DNA of 64,000 bases from an uncultured Actinomycetes bacterium. Lineage in GTDB: Bacteria; Actinomycetota; Thermoleophilia; Gaiellales; Gaiellaceae. The DNA is taken from positions 625,595 to 689,594 of the forward strand of contig CAVZMF010000005.1 of the NCBI GenBank assembly GCA_963776375.1, in the 5' to 3' direction. A program made the position numbers and the translations under genes. Shown one piece after another: positions 40,910 to 48,012 of this stretch; position 1 is the stretch's first letter; the number at the start of each line of letters is the position of its first letter. The notes under the pieces are model-generated. The model saw only the letters and a list, made by a program, of their open reading frames with translations. It ran no database searches and was not told where the DNA came from.

Positions 40910-41271
40910 GCGGCCGACGGTAGGGCCGGCCACGCCGAAGCGAAATCCCGGAAACCTTCAATGTTTGGAGCTGGGCGGGGCCACGCGGAGGATCGAACTG
41001 GATGCCCTCGATCCTCACGATCGACGTGCTGCTCCGGTTAGGGCCCGTGTCAACGGATTCGGCGTGACCCCCGTCACCGGTTCGGGTGCGGATTTCCGCA
41101 CCTTCGAGAGCGGGCTTACCCCCTTGGCCTCCCTCGCCTCCGGCAGGCAGCCTCGATCGGATGGGAAGGCAACGACGGGAGGCGTCATAAGCAGGCGGGC
41201 TCGTGAGCTTGCGCACGAGGGCGCTCCGGCATTCGAGCACGAATGACTACCCTGACGGCACGGGGGTTGGA

Positions 41272-41667
41272 ATGATCAGGGGCGAGCATCGGGAGCTGCT
41301 CGAGCAGCTGCGGCCGGCGCGTCGGGTCCTCCTCGTCGACGACCATCCGAGCTTCCGCCGTTGCGCGCGGGCGCTGCTCACGGCGGAGGGCTTCGAGGTC
41401 GTCGCGGAGGCGGCGGACGGCGTGTCGGCACTCGCTCTGGCCGAGGAAGTCTCGCCGGAGCTCGTCCTCCTGGACATCCAGCTCCCCGATATCGACGGCT
41501 TCGAGGTGGCGCACCGACTCCTCGCGCTCGATCCCGATCTCGCGATCGTCCTCGTCTCCGGCCGGGAGCGTGCGGAGTACGGGTCGTCGATCGACGAGAG
41601 CGGCGCTCTCGGCTTCGTCGCCAAGTCCGACCTGTCCGGTGCTGCGCTGGAGAGCCTGCTCCGGTGA
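41272..41667 (+). CDS. Stand-alone response-regulator receiver (REC) protein
   Basis: 131 aa. VLLVDDHPSFR, LVLLDIQLPDIDG and LVSG...FVAKSD. No output domain. Confidence 0.85.
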   Translation: MIRGEHRELLEQLRPARRVLLVDDHPSFRRCARALLTAEGFEVVAEAADGVSALALAEEVSPELVLLDIQLPDIDGFEVAHRLLALDPDLAIVLVSGRERAEYGSSIDESGALGFVAKSDLSGAALESLLR

Positions 41668-44333
41668 CGACCCGGGCGGTCGCCGCCGTCTCGGCACGGG
41701 TGAGAGACGGGCCTCGCCGCGTGCCGGCGCCGCTGGCGCTCGGTCTCGCGACGGTGGCGCTGGCCGCGACCGGCGCCGCCGTCTACACGACCGCGTCCAG
41801 CCGGCACGCCCCCGCTCCCGCCGGCCATGCCGTGCTGACCGTCGTCGTCTGCCTGTCCTTCGTCGGGGCGGGCATCGTCGCGCTGCGGCGGCCGCCGTAC
41901 GCGCATTTCGGGCTACTGCTCGCCGCCGTCGGGCTCGCGTCGCTCCTCGGCGCGCTCCACGACGCCAACGACGCCTTCCCGTACACGATCGGGGTGATCA
42001 CGGCGAACCTCGTATTCGCCGTGCTCGTGCACGCGCTGCTGTCCTATCCCGGCGAGGGGCCGGCCTCGCGGCGGACGAAGCTCCTCGTCCTCGTCTGCTA
42101 CATCGACGTGCTCGCGCTTCAGGCGGTCGCGATCCTCTTCGACCCGCTCACGCGCTGGCAGAGCGACCATCCGCGGAACCTCGCGCTCGTCGACTCGCAC
42201 GAGGCGCTCTCCACGGGGCTCGAGGAGCTCGAGGCGGGGATTGCCGCGCTCGTGGCGCTCGGAGCAATCGTCGTGCTCGTCCGGCGCGCGCGGGCCGCGA
42301 CCACGACGGCGCGGAGCCAGTTCACGCCCGTCCTCGTCGGGGGGACGTTCGCGCTGCTCCTCTTCTCCGTGGGGCTCGTGCTGGCGCCGATCTCCTCGAA
42401 CGCGGCCGTCGTCGGGATCGGGCTCGGACTGCTGGCCGCGGTCGCGCTGCCGGTCGGCTTCCTCGCGATCCTGCTCCAGGGACGGCTCTCCCGCGCCGCC
42501 GTGGGCGAGCTCCTCCTCGAGCTTCGCGAGCGCGGCCGGCCGCCGGGACTGCGCGACGCGCTCCGCCGCGCCCTGCACGACCCCTCGCTCGAGGTCGCGC
42601 GCCTGCGCCCGGAGGACGGCGCCTACGTCGACCGCACCGGCAACGCGATCGAGCTCCCGGAGCCCGGGGAGACGCAGGTCTCGACGCCGATCCTCCACGC
42701 CGGCGAGCCGGTCGGCGCGCTCGTGCACGACCGCTCGCTGCGGCTGCGGCCGGAGCTGCTCGACGCCGTCAACGCCGCCGCCGGCTTCGCGCTCGCGAAC
42801 GAGCGCGCGCTCGGCACCCTGGAGCGTGTCGAGGAGCGCAACCGCGCCCTGGTCGACGCCGTGCCAGACCTGATGATCCGCGTGTCGCGTGACGGCATCT
42901 ACCTCGACGTCCGGGTCGAGGACCAGGCGCAGCTGGTCATGCCTCCCGAGGAGCTGATCGGACGCAACGTCCGCGACGTCCTCGAATCCGACCTGGCCGA
43001 CCGGGTGTTCGCGTGCATCGAGAAGGCGCTCGACACGGGCGAGATGAGCTCGATCGAGTACGAGATCGAGATCGCCGGCGTGCCCCGCTGGAAGGAGTCG
43101 AGGATGGTGCCGAGCGGCGAGGACGAGGTCGTCACGATCGTGCGCGACTTCACCGAGCAGCGGGAGGCGCAGGCACAGCAGCGCCGTCTGGCCGAGGAGC
43201 AGGCCGCCCTGCGCCGCGTGGCCACGCTCGTCGCCGGCGGCGCCGAGCCGGAGCAGGTCTTCCAGGTTGCGACGGAGGAAGTCAGTCGGCTGCTCGACCT
43301 GCGCTCGTCGCTCCTCCTCCGCTACCTGAGCCCGAACACGGGCACGATCGTCGGCCGGTTCGGCGATCCGCCGGACACCTTCGAGCTCGGCAGCTTCCTC
43401 CGCTTCGACGAGGGAGCAGCCGCCGCTGTGTACAGGACAGGCGAGCCGACCCGGGTCGACTACAACGAGCTCGAGAGCGACATCGCGCTCAGGATGCGGG
43501 CGCTCGGGTTCCGCTACAGCGTGGCGGTCCCGATCAGCGTCGCCGGTGCCACCTGGGGCGCGATCGTCGCAGGCCTGCGCGAGCACGAGTTCTTCCCGCA
43601 CGAGACCGAGCGTCGGCTGGGGGCGTTCGCGGAACTGATCGCCCTCGCGATCGCGAGCGCTCAGGCCCGGGACGAGCTCACCGCATCGCGCCTGCGCATC
43701 GTCGAGGCGAGCGACGCCGAGCGGCGCAGGATCGAGCGAAACCTCCACGACGGCGCGCAACAGCGGCTGCTCGCGCTCTCGGTCGGCCTAAGGCTCGTCC
43801 AGAGCAGGGTGCACGACTCCCCGGAGGAAGCCGAGGAGTTGCTCGAGGTTGCGGTCGAGGAGCTCAGCGCCGCCCTGACCGAGCTTCGGGAGCTGGCGCA
43901 GGGGATCCACCCGGCCGTTCTGACCGACCGCGGGCTCGAGACGGCGCTGGAGGTGCTCGCGGCCCGGACGCCGCTCCCGGTCGTACTCGAGATCCGGCTC
44001 CCCGAGCCCCTGCCCGAGCCGGTCGAGGCCGCCACGTACTACGTCGTCTCCGAGGCGCTCGCGAATGTGGTGAAGCACGCGGGTGCCTCGTCGGCTCAGG
44101 TCCGCGTCGACCACGCTGACGACGCATTGACAGTCGAGATCGACGACGACGGCATGGGCGGCGCAGACGTGGATGCCGGCGGCTCTGGTCTCTGGGGCCT
44201 TCGCGACCGGATCGAGACGCTCGAAGGCAGCCTCCGGGTCGACAGCCCGCGCGGCCGGGGCACGCGCGTCAGCGCTGACCTTCCGGTACGAGTCTCTCGA
44301 CACGAACGGGCCGGAGCGGAGTCGGTCGCGTGA
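41664..44333 (+). CDS. Membrane sensor histidine kinase: multi-TM, PAS, GAF, HisKA_3, HATPase_c
   Basis: GTG overlaps the REC stop (GTGA). It has about 7 N-terminal TM segments, a PAS domain (VPDLMIRVSRDGIYLDV...) and a GAF domain (LRRVATLVAGG...GATWGAIVAG). The H-box is ERRRIERNLHDGAQQRL and the G-boxes are DDGMGG and GSGLWGLRDR. Confidence 0.9.
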   Translation: MTTRAVAAVSARVRDGPRRVPAPLALGLATVALAATGAAVYTTASSRHAPAPAGHAVLTVVVCLSFVGAGIVALRRPPYAHFGLLLAAVGLASLLGALHDANDAFPYTIGVITANLVFAVLVHALLSYPGEGPASRRTKLLVLVCYIDVLALQAVAILFDPLTRWQSDHPRNLALVDSHEALSTGLEELEAGIAALVALGAIVVLVRRARAATTTARSQFTPVLVGGTFALLLFSVGLVLAPISSNAAVVGIGLGLLAAVALPVGFLAILLQGRLSRAAVGELLLELRERGRPPGLRDALRRALHDPSLEVARLRPEDGAYVDRTGNAIELPEPGETQVSTPILHAGEPVGALVHDRSLRLRPELLDAVNAAAGFALANERALGTLERVEERNRALVDAVPDLMIRVSRDGIYLDVRVEDQAQLVMPPEELIGRNVRDVLESDLADRVFACIEKALDTGEMSSIEYEIEIAGVPRWKESRMVPSGEDEVVTIVRDFTEQREAQAQQRRLAEEQAALRRVATLVAGGAEPEQVFQVATEEVSRLLDLRSSLLLRYLSPNTGTIVGRFGDPPDTFELGSFLRFDEGAAAAVYRTGEPTRVDYNELESDIALRMRALGFRYSVAVPISVAGATWGAIVAGLREHEFFPHETERRLGAFAELIALAIASAQARDELTASRLRIVEASDAERRRIERNLHDGAQQRLLALSVGLRLVQSRVHDSPEEAEELLEVAVEELSAALTELRELAQGIHPAVLTDRGLETALEVLAARTPLPVVLEIRLPEPLPEPVEAATYYVVSEALANVVKHAGASSAQVRVDHADDALTVEIDDDGMGGADVDAGGSGLWGLRDRIETLEGSLRVDSPRGRGTRVSADLPVRVSRHERAGAESVA

Positions 44334-45511
44334 TGCTCGCCTTCTTCTTCAGCGACATCGAGGACTCGAGCGGGTTGCTCGATCGGCTCGGCGACTCGTA
44401 TCCGCCCGTACTCACCGAGACCCGCGAGCTCCAGCGCCAGATCATCGCGGGCGCAGGCGGCCGGGAGGTGGAGTGCCGCGGGGACGAGCTCTTCTGCGTC
44501 TTCGACGACGTCTCACGGGCCACCCGCGCCGCCCTGGACATCCAGCACGCCTTTGCCGGCGCCCGCTGGCCTCCAGGCGAACGGGTGCGCGTGCGAATCG
44601 GCATCCACTGCGGCGAGGCGGAGGCCGTCGGTGAGGGCTTCGTCGGGCTCGACGTGCATCGTGCGTCGCGGATCTGCCAGGCCGGGCACGGCGGCCAGGT
44701 GCTCGGCTCCGCCGAGGCGGCGAAGGGCATCGCGTCGTCCGCGACGGAGCTCGGGACGTTCGAGCTGAAGGGTTTACGCAACCCGGAGCGCATCTTCCAG
44801 CTCGAGGTCGAGGGATTCCCCACCGAGTTTCCTCCGCTCCGCAACGTTCGCGAGCACCAGGCCCCGCTACGAGCGGTGATCGCCGAAGACTCGACACTGC
44901 TGCGAGAGGGGCTCGCGCGCCTACTCGAGGAGGCCGCGATCGAGGTCGTCGGGCAGGCCGGCAATGCCGACGAGCTGCTGCTCAAGGTTCGCAGCTATCA
45001 CCCCGACGTGGCCATCGTCGACATTCGGATGCCGCCGACCCAGACGGACGAGGGGATCCAGGCCGCGCGCGAGATCCGGGCGAAGCATCCCGAGACAGGC
45101 GTCCTGGTCCTGTCCCAGTACGTCGCCCACAACTACGCCGTCGAGCTGCTCGGCGACAACGCCGAAGGACTCGGCTATCTGCTCAAGGACCGGGTCTCGG
45201 ACGTCGAGGAGTTCACGACGGCCGTCCGACGCGTCGCCGACGGCGGCTCAGCCCTCGACCCGGTCGTGGTCACCGAGCTCGTCGGACGCAACCGGGACGA
45301 CAACCTGATGTCGAGCCTGTCGCCCCGCGAGCGCGAGGTGCTCGAGCTGATGGCTCAGGGGCGGACGAACCCGGCAATCGGTCGGCGCCTCTTCATCTCG
45401 TCTCGTGCGGTCGAGAAGCACGTCACCAGCATCTTCACGAAGCTCCGCCTCCCGGCGGCCACCGAGGACCACCGGCGCGTCCTGGCGGTGCTGCGCTTCC
45501 TGGGCTCCTAG
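44330..45511 (+). CDS. Class III nucleotidyl-cyclase-like domain fused to a NarL/LuxR-type response regulator (CHD-REC-HTH)
   Basis: 393 aa. aa 1-170 has FFFSDIEDSSGL, ECRGDELFCVF, RVRIGIHCGEA and GLDVHRASRI. aa ~183-300 has VIAEDSTLLREGL...DVAIVDIRMPP...VLVLSQY. The C-terminal part is LSPREREVLELMAQGRTNPAIGRRLFISSRAVEKHVTSIFTKL. Confidence 0.8.
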   Translation: MMLAFFFSDIEDSSGLLDRLGDSYPPVLTETRELQRQIIAGAGGREVECRGDELFCVFDDVSRATRAALDIQHAFAGARWPPGERVRVRIGIHCGEAEAVGEGFVGLDVHRASRICQAGHGGQVLGSAEAAKGIASSATELGTFELKGLRNPERIFQLEVEGFPTEFPPLRNVREHQAPLRAVIAEDSTLLREGLARLLEEAAIEVVGQAGNADELLLKVRSYHPDVAIVDIRMPPTQTDEGIQAAREIRAKHPETGVLVLSQYVAHNYAVELLGDNAEGLGYLLKDRVSDVEEFTTAVRRVADGGSALDPVVVTELVGRNRDDNLMSSLSPREREVLELMAQGRTNPAIGRRLFISSRAVEKHVTSIFTKLRLPAATEDHRRVLAVLRFLGS

Positions 45512-45622
45512 CCGCACCTTCACGAGTTCGGAAACCCGCACCGGCGAAAGCCTGAGCGCCGTACTGCGCTCGAGACCGAGCCTCAGCCACCCTCGAGGGA
45601 CGCACGACAAAGGAGGTTCCCG

Positions 45623-45817
45623 GTGGCCAAGAGGATCGAGCGGAATCCGAGCGAGGTACGCGCCGAGCTGCAGGCCTGGTACCTCGCCGATCTCCGTCCC
45701 AAGCTCGCGAGCGCGGCGCGGAGCGGCAAGGTCATGCCCGGCGCGGTTGTCACGCTCGACGCCCAGCTCAGGCAGCTGCTCGACGTCGGGGGCAATCGGC
45801 TCGGGGAGGCGGCGTGA
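45623..45817 (+). CDS. Small hypothetical protein (64 aa)
   Basis: Strong SD aggagg 6 nt upstream of GTG 45623. The stop overlaps the next start (GTGA). High GC3. Confidence 0.55.
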   Translation: MAKRIERNPSEVRAELQAWYLADLRPKLASAARSGKVMPGAVVTLDAQLRQLLDVGGNRLGEAA

Positions 45818-46266
45818 CCGAGGCCGCCCGCATCGCGCCGATCGAGGCGAGCTCGGGCGCGACGTCCTCCGCGGAGGTCGCGTACCGCGCGCTCGGCGCG
45901 CTCGACGGCGCCGTGTGGATCGAACCGGCGGTGCGCGTGCTCGTGCAGATGCGGACGGCCCAGCTCGAAGCTGCCGTCGACCGCCTCGTCGGGCACGTTC
46001 GCGAGGCGGTCGAGCTCGGCGAGACGTACGAGCGGCTCGTCGACCTCGGCCGTTGGCGCAGCTCGCCGCTCTTCACGGAGCGGGAGCGAGCCGCGCTCGC
46101 GGTCGCCGACGCCCTCACGTTGCCCGCGAAGCGGCGCTCGACCGGAGCGGCCCTCCGGCGCGCCGCCCGCTACTTCGACCAGCGCGAGCTCGTCCAGCTC
46201 GCCCTCGCCTGCGCGGCCACGGCCGCCTGGGCGCGGATAGAGCCGATCGAAAGGAGCCAGACATGA
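45814..46266 (+). CDS. Carboxymuconolactone decarboxylase (AhpD-like) family protein
   Basis: 150 aa. ...WRSSPLFTERERAALAVADALTL... is typical of CMD-family helices. Confidence 0.65.
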   Translation: MTEAARIAPIEASSGATSSAEVAYRALGALDGAVWIEPAVRVLVQMRTAQLEAAVDRLVGHVREAVELGETYERLVDLGRWRSSPLFTERERAALAVADALTLPAKRRSTGAALRRAARYFDQRELVQLALACAATAAWARIEPIERSQT

Positions 46267-47759
46267 CCACTCTTGCAGGCACGGCAGCAGGGTCGCCTTC
46301 AGACAGGCGGCGCTGGATCGCCCTGGCGGTGATCGTCACCGCCCAGTTCATGGTCGTCCTGGACATCGCCATCGTCAACGTCGCCCTGCCGACGATCAAG
46401 GACGACCTCCACTTCAGCCAGGAGAACCTGCAATGGGTGCTGACGGCCTACTCGATCATGTTCGGCGGCGTGCTCCTGCTCGGGGGCCGCATGGCGGACC
46501 TGCTCGGCCGCAGGCGCCTGTTCGTGGCGGGGCTGGCGCTCTTCACCATCGCGTCGCTGCTCGACGGCCTCGCCTGGTCGGAGGGCTCCCTGATCGCATT
46601 CCGCTCGCTGCAGGGCCTCGGGGCCGCGCTGCTCTCCCCGGCCGCGCTGTCGATCCTGACGACGACGTTCGAGGAAGGGCGCGACCGGAACCTGGCGCTC
46701 GGCATCTGGGGCGCCGTGTCGGGCAGCGGCGCGGCCGCCGGCGTACTGCTCGGCGGAGCATTGACGAGCGCCTTCAGCTGGTCCTGGATCTTCTTCATCA
46801 ACGTCCCCGTCGGCGTAGTCGTGCTCGCCCTCACGCCCCGGCTCGTGGACGAGAGCAGGGCGGACGTGCGCCACCGCCACTTCGACCTGCCCGGGGCGGC
46901 CTCGATCACGAGCGGTCTGATGCTGCTCGTCTACGCAATGACCCGCGCCGTCCAGCACGGTTGGGCCACCGCTGAGACGATCGCGTTGCTCGCAGCCTCG
47001 GCCGCGCTGGTCGTCGCATTCGTCGTCATCGAGCTGCGCTCGATCGCACCACTGCTACCGATGCGCATGTTCCGGCTGCGAACGCTCTCGGGCTCGAACG
47101 TCGGCAGTCTCCTGACGGGAGCGGCGATCTTCTCGCAGTTCTTCCTGCTCACCCTCTACATGCAGCAGGTGCTGCACTACTCGGCCCTGCAGACCGGAGT
47201 CGCCTACATCACGTCGACACTCGCGGTGATCGTCTTCGCGAACGTCGCCCAGGCGGTCACGCTGCGCGTCGGCGTCCGGGCTGTCCTGCCTGCCGGCATC
47301 GGGCTGATCGCGGTCGGTCTCGTGCTCTACGCCCGGCTGCCGGTGGACGGCCACTACTTCTGGGATCTGTTCCCGGCGTTCCTGATCAGCGGAATCGGAA
47401 TGGCGTTCGCCTTCATCCCTATGACGATCGGAGCGCTCGCCGGCGTCCGCGACTCTGACGCGGGCATCGCCTCCGGCCTCGTGAACACGACGCAGCAGAT
47501 CGGTGGCGCGATCGGCGTTGCCGCGGCCACGACCATCGCCGCCACCTACACCAGCCGCTATCTGGACAGCCACTCGGGCCTCGATGCCTCGAGCGGCGCC
47601 GCGCTGACGCACGGATTCGAGATCGCCTTCTACGTGCTCGCCGCGGTCGCTGCACTCGGTGCGGTCCTGACGGCTCTTCTCGTCGAGTCGAAGGCAGCGC
47701 TCCCCGAGACGAAGGCCGAGACCGAGACGGACCGGGTCGCGCTCGACGTGGCCGCATGA
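46263..47759 (+). CDS. MFS transporter, DHA2 (EmrB/QacA, 14-TMS) family
   Basis: 498 aa. RRRWIALAVIVTAQFMVVLDIAIVNVALPTI and GGRMADLLGRRRLF motifs. ATGA overlap with the CMD gene. Confidence 0.9.
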   Translation: MTTLAGTAAGSPSDRRRWIALAVIVTAQFMVVLDIAIVNVALPTIKDDLHFSQENLQWVLTAYSIMFGGVLLLGGRMADLLGRRRLFVAGLALFTIASLLDGLAWSEGSLIAFRSLQGLGAALLSPAALSILTTTFEEGRDRNLALGIWGAVSGSGAAAGVLLGGALTSAFSWSWIFFINVPVGVVVLALTPRLVDESRADVRHRHFDLPGAASITSGLMLLVYAMTRAVQHGWATAETIALLAASAALVVAFVVIELRSIAPLLPMRMFRLRTLSGSNVGSLLTGAAIFSQFFLLTLYMQQVLHYSALQTGVAYITSTLAVIVFANVAQAVTLRVGVRAVLPAGIGLIAVGLVLYARLPVDGHYFWDLFPAFLISGIGMAFAFIPMTIGALAGVRDSDAGIASGLVNTTQQIGGAIGVAAATTIAATYTSRYLDSHSGLDASSGAALTHGFEIAFYVLAAVAALGAVLTALLVESKAALPETKAETETDRVALDVAA

Positions 47760-47769
47760 AGGAGGAAGC

Positions 47770-48012
47770 ATGGGATCGACAACCGACAACGACATGCGAG
47801 AGCTCGACCGACGGCAGGGCGACGGGCTGGACGTCGCCCTGCTCTGGGAGCCCACGAGCGATTGCCTCTACGTCGTCCTCACCGACGTTCGCATGCGGGA
47901 GTCGTTCCGGATCCGCGTCGAGGCGAGCAACGCGCTCGATGCCTTCAAACACCCCTATGCGTACGCTTCTCCCCGGCCTGGGTCGATCCATTCTTCATGC
48001 TCAACCTCGTAG
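47770..48012 (+). CDS. Small hypothetical protein (80 aa)
   Basis: Strong SD aaggagga 5 nt upstream of the ATG. DVALLWEP...LYVVLTDV...ALDAFKHPYAYA resembles a small conserved actinobacterial family (by recollection only). Confidence 0.55.
   Translation: MGSTTDNDMRELDRRQGDGLDVALLWEPTSDCLYVVLTDVRMRESFRIRVEASNALDAFKHPYAYASPRPGSIHSSCSTS

Noticed and set aside
40960-41060. tRNA or tmRNA 3' end on the minus strand (TGGAGCTGGGCGGGG...GGATCGAAC)
   Set aside because: The T-arm and acceptor cannot be folded: the candidate T-stem halves do not pair, no matching 5' acceptor strand lies within 70-95 nt, and no tag-like reading frame is present.
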